Of a stretch of DNA of 64,000 nt, positions 10,063 to 20,400 are shown in pieces. The stretch lies in contig DASZZI010000055.1 of NCBI GenBank assembly GCA_035544995.1, forward strand, positions 9,507 through 73,506. The letters are read 5' to 3'. Origin of the DNA: Candidatus Acidiferrum sp. (GTDB lineage: Bacteria > Acidobacteriota > Terriglobia > Acidiferrales > UBA7541). The position numbers were made by a program, and so were the translations under genes. The notes below the pieces were generated by a model. It made no database searches and was not told the DNA's origin. It saw only the letters and a program-made list of their open reading frames with translations. How positions within the stretch are numbered: the stretch's first letter is position 1; every line of letters starts with the position of its first letter.

Positions 10063-11286
10063 GTGGGAGAAAGGATGCCACAACCGGAACACCTGCAGGC
10101 ACTTGACGGTGTGCGTGTTGTCGAATGGACCGAAGCCCTGGCCGGGCCCTACTGCGCCATGCTGCTTGGCGATTTGGGCGCCGACGTCATCAAGGTCGAA
10201 AGGCCTGGAACAGGGGATCAGTCGCGTGGATGGGGGCCACCGTTCGCGGGTCCTGAGTCCGCGTACTTTCTCTCCGCAAATCGGAACAAACGATCGCTCA
10301 CGCTGAATCTCAATCACCCGCGTGGCGTTGGGATCATGCGCGAACTCGTCGCGCACGCGGATGTGTTCGTACACAATCAGCCGCGACGCGAATCGCTCTT
10401 GAAACGCGGCCTCGATTACGAGAACGTCTCCTCGGCAAGTCCCCGGCTGATCTATTGCGCGATCAGCGGCTACGGATGGACCGGTCCGAAGGCCGGGCTG
10501 CCCGGATACGACATTCTCGCGCAAGGCGAAGCGGGCATCATGAGCATCACCGGCGAGCCGGGGGACAAACCCATGAGGTATCCCATCGCGATTGCCGACG
10601 TGAGCTGCGGCATCTACGCGACGATGGGCATTCTAGCCGCGCTTCTCGTGCGCGAACGTGTGGGGAAAGGCCAGTTCCTCGATTTGTCGCTGCTCGACTC
10701 TCAGTTGACGTGGCTCGTCAATATAGGCAGCGCTTACCTCAATGCGCAGGAATCTCCGCAACGCTTCGGCAACGCGCATCCAAGTATCGTTCCTTACCAA
10801 CTTTTTCAAGCCAGCGACGATCGATATTTGATGGTCGCGGTCGGCACAGAAGCCTTGTGGGGCCGCCTCTGCCGCGTCCTGGGGATAGAAGAAACTATCG
10901 GCCGCGATCCGCGTTATGTTGACAATCGCCTGCGCATCGAGAATCGCGCCGAGCTGATTCCCTCGCTCGAGAGAATCTTTCGCGCAAGACCCATCCAGGA
11001 TTGGCTCGTCCGCTTCCGCGAAGCCGAGATTCCTGCTGGTCCGGTCAACACTGTGGATGAGGCATTGCGCGACCCGCAAACTTTCGCGCGTCACGCCATC
11101 GTCGAGATCGAACATCCAGTGATTGGCTTTGCCCGCAGCATTGCAAACCCTATCAAGATGTCTGCCACGCCGATCCGCTATCGTTATCCGCCGCCGCTCC
11201 TCGGAGAACACAACGCTGCGATCCTCGGTGAGTTGGGACTCTCGCCCGACGAAATCGCAAGCCTTCAGCGGGAAGGCGTACTCTAG
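10063..11286 (+). CDS. Class III CoA-transferase (CaiB/BaiF family)
   Basis: LDGVRVVEW..ALAGPYCAMLLGDLGADVIKVE, NRNKRSLTLNL, catalytic Asp in IAIADVSCG; likely start ATG 10075. Confidence 0.93.
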   Translation: MGERMPQPEHLQALDGVRVVEWTEALAGPYCAMLLGDLGADVIKVERPGTGDQSRGWGPPFAGPESAYFLSANRNKRSLTLNLNHPRGVGIMRELVAHADVFVHNQPRRESLLKRGLDYENVSSASPRLIYCAISGYGWTGPKAGLPGYDILAQGEAGIMSITGEPGDKPMRYPIAIADVSCGIYATMGILAALLVRERVGKGQFLDLSLLDSQLTWLVNIGSAYLNAQESPQRFGNAHPSIVPYQLFQASDDRYLMVAVGTEALWGRLCRVLGIEETIGRDPRYVDNRLRIENRAELIPSLERIFRARPIQDWLVRFREAEIPAGPVNTVDEALRDPQTFARHAIVEIEHPVIGFARSIANPIKMSATPIRYRYPPPLLGEHNAAILGELGLSPDEIASLQREGVL

Positions 11287-11412
11287 CGTTTTCCATTGGA
11301 GGACGATGATGCGAGTAACGCCATCCTCCTCGAAGTTAAAACCCCAGAAAATCTCCGCCGCCACTCTCGGGCTGGAGTACACTCTGCGCAGATAGCTGGC
11401 CCTGGAGGTCTC

Positions 11413-13344
11413 ATGCGCGAGCTGGTCTCTCGTTTTCTCAACCACGGAATCTCTCGTCGCGAGTTCGTTCGGAATCTTAGTGCGCTCGGCTTCACGGCTT
11501 CAGCTACCGCCGCCATCCTCGAGCCGCTCGAAGCGATGGAATCTTCAACGGGCGATCTTGCCCCCGCCGCGGAAACAACCGCGACTGGTTCTGGCGGCGA
11601 GCTCTTCATCGCGCAGGCCCGCGCTGCCGGAGTCGAATATCTCTTTACCAACCCCGGTTCCTTCGAAGTCGGCTTCTTTGACGCCGTTGTGGACGATCCC
11701 CAGATTCAGCTCATCGAAGGTCTGCACGAAGGCATTGTCATCTCCATGGCCGATGGCTACCACAAGGTCAGCGGCAAACCTGCCTTCGTCAACGTCCACT
11801 CCATCGCCGGCACCGCGCAAATGGCCGGCCAGCTTTACAACGCTTCGCGTGACGGCTCCGCCATTGTCGTCACCGCGGGCCTCAACGACAACGAGGTGTG
11901 GAGCGATGAGTATGGTCTTGCCCCTCGCCCTGGATTCGATCAAAAGGAGATCAACCGGCAGTTCACGAAAATCTCGTGGGAAGCCCGCCAGCCCGCGAGT
12001 CTCGCGCTCATGCTGCGCCGCGCCTTCAAAGTTGCAACTACGGATCCAGGCGGCCCTGTCTACCTCGCCGCCGCTCACTACGCACTCGAACAGAAAAATG
12101 TCAGCGCAACCATCTATCCTGCCGAGCGTTTCCTTCTCCGCACGCGCGTCCACGCCGATCCCTCCGCCATCGAAAAAGCAGCCCGGCTCCTGATCGAAGC
12201 GCAACACCCCGTCATCATCGCCGGCGATGAAGTCTGGAAGTCCGGCGCCCAGCAGGAGTTGCTTTCAATGGCCGAACATCTGGGGCTTCCCGTTGTCCGG
12301 CCTGGTGGCGTGCTGCTGGTCAGTGCCTTCCAAAACTTTCCCACGATGCATCCCTTTTATCTGGGCTCATCGGAAGCCCATTTGAGGGACGCATCGCGAG
12401 CCACCGATCTCATTTTCTTCGTCGGCGCGCGCGATGTCGGCGGAAGAGTCGTGCCGGATTCCCCGGAGCTTCCGACGACGGCGCGCATCGTCCGGCTCGG
12501 CATGGATACCTCGGCGTTCAGTCGCAACTACCCCACCGACGTAGCTTTGATCTCCGATGTAAAAGCGGGTCTAACGGATCTCTTCGCAGCTGTCGATTCT
12601 CTCATCACCAAAGAGCGACGCACCGCAATCTCTACTCAGCGCGCCGACGAAATTCGCCGTCTCTCCGCTGCCTCCCGCGCGGGCGTGCAGAAGCAAATCT
12701 CCGTAAATTTCGGCCACTCGCCCATCCATCCCGACGAGCTCTGCGGCGTGCTCGCCGATACGCTCGACAAAAATGCCATCATCGTCTCCGAAAATCTAAC
12801 CGGAAAATTCGACTCTTTCCGTTTCGGTTTTCGTGACGATGAGCAGATGCATCTCGGCAACAGCGGCTCCTCGCTCGGCTGGGGCATCGGCGCCGCCATC
12901 GGCGCCAAGCTCGCTGCGCCGGATCGCCAGGTTGTCTGTTCCATCGGCGATGGCTCCGTCATGTACAGTGCCTCCGGATTCTGGACCCAAGCCCGCTACC
13001 GCATTCCGATCCTCACCGTCGTTTGGAACAATCACAACTACCAAACCGTGCGCTTCGCCTACCATGAATACGGCGGCCGCATGCTGAAATCTGGAAAATA
13101 TGCGGGCATGTATCTCGGCGATCCGGACATTGACTTCGTGAAACTGGCGGAAAGCCAAGGTGTTTCCGGCGAACGCGTTACTGCGGGGAGCGATCTCCGC
13201 GCCGCGCTTCGGCGCGGCATCGTCGCCACGCGGGATGGTAAGCCCTATCTCGTCGAAGTAGTCATATCCAGATACGGCGGTGGCGCTGAGTCCACCTGGC
13301 ACGAGACTTTCGATCTTGCCGCACGCCGCAAGCGCGCCGTCTGA
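11413..13344 (+). CDS. ThDP-dependent enzyme (benzoylformate decarboxylase-like) with twin-arginine-like N-terminus
   Basis: GGAGG RBS before ATG 11413; SRREFV leader; GLHEGIVISMADGY catalytic Glu; GDGS...WNN ThDP-binding motif. Confidence 0.88.
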   Translation: MRELVSRFLNHGISRREFVRNLSALGFTASATAAILEPLEAMESSTGDLAPAAETTATGSGGELFIAQARAAGVEYLFTNPGSFEVGFFDAVVDDPQIQLIEGLHEGIVISMADGYHKVSGKPAFVNVHSIAGTAQMAGQLYNASRDGSAIVVTAGLNDNEVWSDEYGLAPRPGFDQKEINRQFTKISWEARQPASLALMLRRAFKVATTDPGGPVYLAAAHYALEQKNVSATIYPAERFLLRTRVHADPSAIEKAARLLIEAQHPVIIAGDEVWKSGAQQELLSMAEHLGLPVVRPGGVLLVSAFQNFPTMHPFYLGSSEAHLRDASRATDLIFFVGARDVGGRVVPDSPELPTTARIVRLGMDTSAFSRNYPTDVALISDVKAGLTDLFAAVDSLITKERRTAISTQRADEIRRLSAASRAGVQKQISVNFGHSPIHPDELCGVLADTLDKNAIIVSENLTGKFDSFRFGFRDDEQMHLGNSGSSLGWGIGAAIGAKLAAPDRQVVCSIGDGSVMYSASGFWTQARYRIPILTVVWNNHNYQTVRFAYHEYGGRMLKSGKYAGMYLGDPDIDFVKLAESQGVSGERVTAGSDLRAALRRGIVATRDGKPYLVEVVISRYGGGAESTWHETFDLAARRKRAV

Positions 13345-13487
13345 GCGAATTACCTTCGCGCTCCGCAGCCTTAGTGGCAAAGTTGCTGCTGGCTGTGCTC
13401 TTGCTCTCGTTCCGGCCAGCGCATCAATAGCAACGTAATTGCGTAGCCGCAGCTAAAGGTGCGTCCCGCAAATGAAGAGTCTTTCGT

Positions 13488-13871
13488 ATGACCGATGAAG
13501 CGGCAATTCGGCGCGCGGTCGAAGAATTTGTCAATGTCTTCAACGCCGGTGACATGACCCGCATTCTTGGCATCTTCACGGACGACTTGATTGACATGTC
13601 GGCCGGTGGGCCCACTCGAACGGGTCAGGCAGCGAGGGAGCATTTTCTAAGCCGCGTGGCGGAAATGCACGCCAAATTCCGCCCAAACTTGATTGTCACT
13701 ATTGACGAAATCTAGGTCACTTCGGACTGGGCCTATCAACGAGGGAGCTTGGCAGTAACCCTTGTCCCTCGCGGCGGTGGCGAAACCTCTTTCATTCGCC
13801 AGCGTTATCTGGAAATCTGGCGCCGAGGTCGCGACGCTAAATGGCGAATCGCCATCGAAATGGACAACTGA
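13488..13871 (+). pseudogene. NTF2-like (SnoaL/DUF4440) protein interrupted by in-frame TAG at 13713-13715
   Basis: Frame continues after the stop: IDEI*VTSDWAYQRGSLAVTLVPRGGGETSFIRQRYLEIWRRGRDAKWRIAIEMDN, completing a typical NTF2-like C-terminus. Confidence 0.8.
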
Positions 13872-13930
13872 GCCGAACCCTGAGGCCGTCGCCGCTTTTT
13901 CGCGGACAGCGAACACGCCGTTCCGGCCGG

Positions 13931-14485
13931 CTACTGCGGCTTCGGCGGCTGTGCCGTCGGAGGCAGGATGCCGTTCAGGCGCAGATAGACGGCCTGGGCG
14001 CCATAGTGGTCGTACCAGTCGTCGCTTAGCGCAATCAGTGCGGCCGCGCGCGACGCGGGACGGTTGCCGAAAAGCGTCATCGGCTCACCAAGCTTGGAAT
14101 CGTCCACATTGGCCAGCGCTGTCGTGCAATATTCGAACGAAGCCTTCAACGCCGCGACGAGCTTGTCCTTTGTGTCCGTATCGGTCACCTTTATGTCCGG
14201 AGCCGCCGCACCCGAAATCTTCGAGCACAGGAAATTGTTCGATTGCGCGATGTGCATAGTCAGGTGCCCGAACGTGTTCATCTCCGGAGTCGGCTTAAAG
14301 TTATATTTCTCTGCTGGCATTAAATCGGCTGCCGCTACCATGTTTTTGGCGTAGCGCGTCAGTTGCGCCTTGACGGTCGAAGTCACCGGGTTGGCAACCG
14401 GGCCGGCCCCTTCTTGCGCGCTCGCGGCCCCCGCCACGAATAGCGTCAAAACGAGTGTCAATGCCATCCATCCCATTCGTTTCAT
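13931..14485 (-). CDS. DinB family protein, secreted
   Basis: Signal peptide; MPAEKYNFKPTPEMNTFGHLTMHIA and DHYGAQAVYLRLNGILPP motifs. Confidence 0.85.
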   Translation of the reverse strand: MKRMGWMALTLVLTLFVAGAASAQEGAGPVANPVTSTVKAQLTRYAKNMVAAADLMPAEKYNFKPTPEMNTFGHLTMHIAQSNNFLCSKISGAAAPDIKVTDTDTKDKLVAALKASFEYCTTALANVDDSKLGEPMTLFGNRPASRAAALIALSDDWYDHYGAQAVYLRLNGILPPTAQPPKPQ

Positions 14486-14600
14486 CTGTTTCTCCCTTCA
14501 AAGCAAATTCGCAGGGAAGCATACCCCTGGACCAAGCCCGCCACAAGCGCGGTTCAGGGCATGCACTGCCTTGCCATCGGACGAGATTTTCAGCGCTCTG

Positions 14601-16094
14601 TCACGGCGCAACCACATCCTTCAATTTCGGCTTAACTTGCACCGCCGCCAGGCTCGACGCATCCCAGCCGCCGCCCAGCGCTTTTACCAACAATACGCTC
14701 GTGACCAGCCGCTGTCCCTGGATCAGCGCCATTTCCTGCTCGTTCGTTAGCAAATTCTGCTGCGCGGTCACCACGTCCAGATAGCTCACCAGCCCGCCCG
14801 TATAACGGTCCTTGGATATATCCAGCGTGCGTCGCGCCGCGTCCACCGCTTTCTGCTGCGATCGCTGCGCCTCGCTCAGCACGCCCAGCTCGTTAACGCC
14901 GTCCTGTACTTCCTGGAAAGCACCCAGCACCGTCTGCCGGTAACTCGCCACGCTCGCATCATAACCAGCCTGCGCAAACTGCACCTGCGCCCGCCGTGCT
15001 CCGCCGGTAAAAATACTTTCCGTCAAGTTCGCGCCCACCGCCCAGAAAGTGCTTGCAACGTTCGCCAGCTTCGCAACGTCCGCGGCCTGCCACCCGCCTT
15101 GCCCAAACAGATTCAGCGATGGGTAGTAGGCTGCTTTGGCAATGCCGATTTGAGCGTTGGACACCGCCATATTCCGCTCCGCTTCCGCGATGTCTGGCCG
15201 CCGCTCCAGCAAATCCGAAGGCAGCCCAGCGTCCAGGGCCGGCGGCTCCGCTTTCAACTCTTTGTTCGCGATGTGAAAATCGGGTGCTGGTCTTCCCACC
15301 AGGACTGCGATGGCGTCTTCAAACTGTTTCCTCTGTTGCAGCAACAGCGTTGCTTGCGTGCGCGTGGTGTTCAGCAGCGTCTCTTCCTCGGCTACGTCCA
15401 GCCCCGACGCGAGGCCCCCTTTGTGCCGCGAGTCGACCAGCTCCAGGCCCCTCTTCAGCGTTTCCACGGTGCGGTTTAAAATTCCCAGCTCGGTATCGAG
15501 TTGCCGGAGCGAGAAGTAATCGCCCGCCAGCTCCGCGGTGATGACCAGGCGCACATTTTCCAGGTCCGCGGCGCTCGCCTGGTAAGACGCTTGCGCTGCT
15601 TCGATGCTCCGCCTGCGCCGCCCGAAGAGATCGACTTCGTAGCTCACGATGAATGGCAGAGAGAAATTGTCCTGCGAAACCGGCCGGCTAACGGGAAAGT
15701 TGCTGTTCGGCGGCCGGTTGCCCGAAATCCGCTGCCGCTGGGCGCTCGGTGCGGTGGCAAGCGAGGGATAGAGGTACGCGATCTGGATCGCCGCCGCCGC
15801 CCTCGCCTGCCCTAGATGTGCGGCCGCGAACTTGATCGTTTCGTTGGCAGCAATCGCGTCGTGCTCCAGCGCGTTCAAATCATCATCGTGAAATGCGCTC
15901 CACCATTCGCCTTTGGGCAGCGCGTCCTTCGCCGCGCTTTCGCGCCACGGCTCCGCCACATCCCACTTTGCCGGCACTGGGGCCGCTGCCCGCTGATATT
16001 TCGGACCAACGGTGCAGCCATTCCCGCAGACCACAGCCGTGATCGCAGCCACAACAATCACGAAATGAGAGGGGAATCGCGCCTCGCGTGGCAT
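14601..16094 (-). CDS. RND efflux outer membrane factor (NodT/OprM family lipoprotein)
   Basis: Lipobox GNGCTVGPKY, SYEVDLFG, LLERRPDIAEAER, LVKALGGGW; ATG overlaps the upstream stop (TAATG). Confidence 0.93.
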   Translation of the reverse strand: MPREARFPSHFVIVVAAITAVVCGNGCTVGPKYQRAAAPVPAKWDVAEPWRESAAKDALPKGEWWSAFHDDDLNALEHDAIAANETIKFAAAHLGQARAAAAIQIAYLYPSLATAPSAQRQRISGNRPPNSNFPVSRPVSQDNFSLPFIVSYEVDLFGRRRRSIEAAQASYQASAADLENVRLVITAELAGDYFSLRQLDTELGILNRTVETLKRGLELVDSRHKGGLASGLDVAEEETLLNTTRTQATLLLQQRKQFEDAIAVLVGRPAPDFHIANKELKAEPPALDAGLPSDLLERRPDIAEAERNMAVSNAQIGIAKAAYYPSLNLFGQGGWQAADVAKLANVASTFWAVGANLTESIFTGGARRAQVQFAQAGYDASVASYRQTVLGAFQEVQDGVNELGVLSEAQRSQQKAVDAARRTLDISKDRYTGGLVSYLDVVTAQQNLLTNEQEMALIQGQRLVTSVLLVKALGGGWDASSLAAVQVKPKLKDVVAP

Positions 16095-17386
16095 TATTTC
16101 TTGGCTCCCGGCGCTCCATTCTTGTTTTCTCTTGGCGCCACGCCTTCGCCCACTCCGCCGGTGTCGGCCGGCGCGATCTGCGCAACTTCCTTCACGCGCA
16201 CTTCCTGGCCTTCCTCGAGCGAGTCTGCGGGATTCAGGACAATCCAGTCGTTTGCTTCAAGGCCTTGGAGCACTTCGAGCGCTATTCCGAAGTCGCGCCC
16301 GATCACCAGCGGCCGCAAATGCGTCCTATGATTCGCGTCCACTACCACCGCGCGCAACCCTTCTGAGCGGAACAGCAAGGCGTTCACCGGAACCTGCAAA
16401 TGCGCTCCGGTAACCTTCACCTGCAAATGCGCTTGCGCGTACCCACCCGGCAGGAGTTGTCTGTTTCTGTTCGGCACATCCACTTCGGTGAGCAGCGTTC
16501 GCGTGCCTGGATCGATCGCTTCCGCCGTGCGCACTACCTTTCCTTGGAATTTCTGACCGGGATACTGCGCCAGCTCCAGATAGGCCCCGAGTCCGGCGTG
16601 GACCGACGGAGCATACATTTCGGGAACACTCACGTACACGCGGATCGGGTCGGTCTGCGCCAGATAAAACAATTGCTGCGAAGCGCCGCCGTTGCCCGCA
16701 TTGATCAGCGTGCCAATGTCGACGTTGCGCCGCGTGATCACGCCACTGAACGGTGCATAGATGTGTTGGAAAGATTCCAGCTCTTCCAGCCGCCGCACGT
16801 TCGCTTGCGCCGATTGCACGGTCGCTTTCTTGGCCTCGAGATCGCCGGCCGCATTATCAACTTCCTGCTTCGAGACGCCATCGGTTTTCAAAAGTTCGCC
16901 GTAGCGCACGGACGTGATTTCGGCCAAGTGCTCGTTCGCTCTTGCGGTATTGAGCTCGGCACGCGCTTGGGAAAGCTGCTGATCGATTTCCGGCGTATCG
17001 ATATCCGCGAGCAATTCGCCCTGTTTCACGCGGCTGCCGATATCGCGGTACCACTTTTTCAAATATCCATTCGTCCGCGCGTAGATCGAAGATTCCACAT
17101 AAGCTTGCATCGTTCCCGGCAACACGAGGTCTTCCTGGCTTGCTTCCGCGGCCGGATGAGTCACGGCAACGATCGGAATTGCCCTCGATTCCGTTTCATT
17201 CGCGAGCGCCTGATACTGGGCGCGCCGCTGCAGCAGCGTGAAAGCGCCAGCGACTACGAGCGCGATCACCCCAAGAATGAGAATCACGAACAGCCCGCCG
17301 CCCTTCGCGGTGGTTTGTCCTTCTCGTCCCGGTTCCATCCGCACCTTGCTTTCTTTCATGATTCCCAGAGTCCCTCTTTCTTCCAT
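16094..17386 (-). CDS. RND efflux periplasmic adaptor subunit
   Basis: TM anchor, IYARTNGYLKKWYRDIGSRVKQGELLADI, IYAPFSGVITRR. Confidence 0.93.
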   Translation of the reverse strand: MEERGTLGIMKESKVRMEPGREGQTTAKGGGLFVILILGVIALVVAGAFTLLQRRAQYQALANETESRAIPIVAVTHPAAEASQEDLVLPGTMQAYVESSIYARTNGYLKKWYRDIGSRVKQGELLADIDTPEIDQQLSQARAELNTARANEHLAEITSVRYGELLKTDGVSKQEVDNAAGDLEAKKATVQSAQANVRRLEELESFQHIYAPFSGVITRRNVDIGTLINAGNGGASQQLFYLAQTDPIRVYVSVPEMYAPSVHAGLGAYLELAQYPGQKFQGKVVRTAEAIDPGTRTLLTEVDVPNRNRQLLPGGYAQAHLQVKVTGAHLQVPVNALLFRSEGLRAVVVDANHRTHLRPLVIGRDFGIALEVLQGLEANDWIVLNPADSLEEGQEVRVKEVAQIAPADTGGVGEGVAPRENKNGAPGAKK

Positions 17387-17430
17387 CCATCGCGCGCTTA
17401 CGCGGTAGCGGGCTCCACCGCGAGGTCCTG

Positions 17431-20400
17431 CTAGGCTTGGCGTTCGGGCCGGCCGTGGATCATCGAAAACACACAGGGCACGAAGAACAGCGTAGCAAAG
17501 GTGGCAAAGATCAGCCCGCCTATTACCGCGCGGCCGAGCGGCGCGTTCTGCTCACCGCCTTCGCCGAGACCTATCGCCATCGGCACCATGCCGATGATCA
17601 TGGCCAGCGCGGTCATAAGCACAGGGCGGATGCGCACAAATCCTGCCTCGAGGGCCGCGTCTATCGCGTTCTTTCCTTCATTCATCTGTTCGCGCGCAAA
17701 GGAAACCATCAAGATACTGTTCGCCGTGGCGACGCCCACCGACATGATCGCGCCGGTCAGAGACGGCACATTCAGCGTGGTGCGGGTAATCAGCAATGTC
17801 CAGCAGATTCCCGCCAGAGCTCCCGGTAACGCGGTAATGATGATAAAAGGATCCAGCCAGGACTGGAAATTTACCACGATCAGCAAATAAACCAGGACGA
17901 TGGCGCCGACCAAGCCAAAGCCGAGGCCGGTAAACGAGTTGCGCATCGTCTGCACTTGCCCGCGAATGAAAGTTTCGCTTCCGCGCGGCAGGTCCTTCTG
18001 AATCGCATTCACGCGCTTGATGACTTCGTCCGAAACGGCTCCTAGATCGCGGCCATCCACCGCCGCATATACATTGATCATCGGCTGCGCGTTGTAGTGG
18101 GAAACCAATGCCGGGCGTGCCGTTGTGGAAGTGTTGACCAGATTCCCCAGTATCTGGGGCGGAGTTCCCGGGGCGCTTCCCGAGACTGGAGTATTCTGCA
18201 GTGCCTGATAACTGTTCACGCGATACTGCGGTGTTTGCACGGCCACGTTGTAGCTCACTCCGTTTTTTGGGTCCAGCCAAAACGCGGGGGCCGTTTGGAA
18301 GCTGGAGCTCAGCGATATTAAGAGATTTTGCGCAACGTCCCTGGCCTGCAATCCGACGGACTGCACTCTCGCGCGGTCGATATCCAGGCGCAGCGTCGGT
18401 GCGTCGAATGCTTGCTGAACGTGGACGTCCACGGCGCCGGGTATGTGGCGGATTTCGTTGGCAAGTTTCTGCCCGGCCAGGAAGTTTCCCCACAGATCGC
18501 TTCCTGTGATAGCGACATCGATCGGAGCGGGCGTTCCGAAATTCAAAATCTGAGTCACAATGTCGGCGGGCTGAAAGAAGAACTGCACGCCGGGAAATTG
18601 TTGGGGCAATCTTTCGCGAAGCTCATTGATATAAGCGATTGTCGGCTTGCCACGCTCTTGCTTCAACTGCACGAGAATTTCCGCGTCGGACGTTCCGAAA
18701 GTTCCCGAATTGCTATAGCTGAGGTTGATGCCGCTGTAGGGCACGCCGATGTTATCCAGAACGGTTTCCAGCTCCCTGGGAGGAATCGTTTTCCGGATTA
18801 CGGCGTCTACCTGGTCGGCAAGGCGCGCCGTCTCTTCGATCCGCAAGCCCGTGCGTGCCCGGAAGTGCAAACGGATCTGTCCCGCATCCACCTTGGGGAA
18901 AAAGTCCCTTCCGATGACAAAGACGAGGCCGGCGGAGAGAACGCAGAAACTCAGGAAAGAGAGGGCAAAAGGCCGGCGGTGTTCCAGCGTGGCCAGGAGA
19001 GCGCGACGGTAACCCGCGCGAAACTTTTCAAAGTTCCGCTCGAACCTTTGCTGATAGCGCCGGAAAAACCCTTGCTTCTCCCCCAAGTGATCTTCTGCCA
19101 GGTATTCGTCCTCGGCGCTAAGAATATACATCGTGAGAGTCGGAACGATGGTCCGCGACCACATATAGGAAGCGAGCATCGCGAAAACGACCGCCTCCGC
19201 CATGGGCACGAACAAGTATTTCGCCACTCCGGAGAGGAAAAACATGGGAATGAAGACGATGCAGATACAGAGCGTGGAGACAAAGGCAGGCACAGCGATT
19301 TCCTGCGCACCATCCAGAATGGCTTGGATGGTTTCTTTTCCCATGGCCAAATGGCGATTGATATTTTCGATTGCCACGGTGGCATCGTCGACGAGGATGC
19401 CCACAGCCAGAGCCAGGCCGCCGAGGGTCATGATATTGATGGTCTCGTGCAGCGCGCTTAGCAGCAGCACGCTGACGAGAATCGAGAGAGGGATGGAGAC
19501 CGCGATAACCAGTGTGCTCTTCCAATTGCCGAGGAAGAGAAGAATCATGATGGCGGTAAGACACGCGGCAATGATGGCTTCGCGAAGCACGCCCTGGATG
19601 GACGCGCGCACATAGACCGACTGATCGAAAAACAAGCTAACGCGCAAGCTTTCCGGCAAAGAGGATGAATAATTCTGCAGCACCTGTTTCACGCGCGCCA
19701 CGATATCGAGGGTGGAGGCGCCGCCGGTCTTGAACGTGCTCATCAGGACGCCGCGCTGGCCGTTGGCGCGCACGATGTTGGTTTGCGGGGAGAAGCCATC
19801 GCGAATGTGCGCCACTTCGCGCATGTAAAAGGTCGCCCCATTGACGGTCTTGATCGGCAAATTGTTGAGCTCTTCCACCGATTGCGGGGCGCCATTCATC
19901 TCGACGGTATATTCGAGCGGGCCGAGCTTTGCGGTACCCGTTGGGAGTATCAAGTTTTGTGCATTGATGGCGTTTACGATGTCAACCGGGGAAAGGCCCT
20001 TGGCCTGCAGCGCCGCTGAATCAAGATCTACCGCGATCATGCGCTGTTTTCCCCCGTAGGGGAACGGAAGAGCCGCGCCCTGAACGGTCGCCAGCTGCGT
20101 GCGGATGAAATTGTTCCCCAAGTCGAAGATTTGTTGTTCGCTCAGGCTGTCGCTGGTCAGTCCGATCTGAATGACCGGCACCGTCGAGGCGGAGTAGATG
20201 GCAACGAGTGGAGCGGTCGTCCCCGGCGGAAGAAATCTAAGGATAGTTTGCACTATGGCCGTGGTCTGCGCCAATGCAGTCTGAATATTTGCGTTGGGCT
20301 GGAAGTAAATCTTGACGACAGCGATGCCACTCAACGACTGCGATTCGATGTGCTCGACGTCATTGACGAGCGTCGTCACGGCGCGTTCCGAGTTCGCGGT

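Noticed and set aside
10063-13344. Canonical frc-oxc oxalate degradation pair
   Set aside because: The ThDP enzyme motifs look benzoylformate-decarboxylase-like and it has a Tat-like leader, unlike Oxc.
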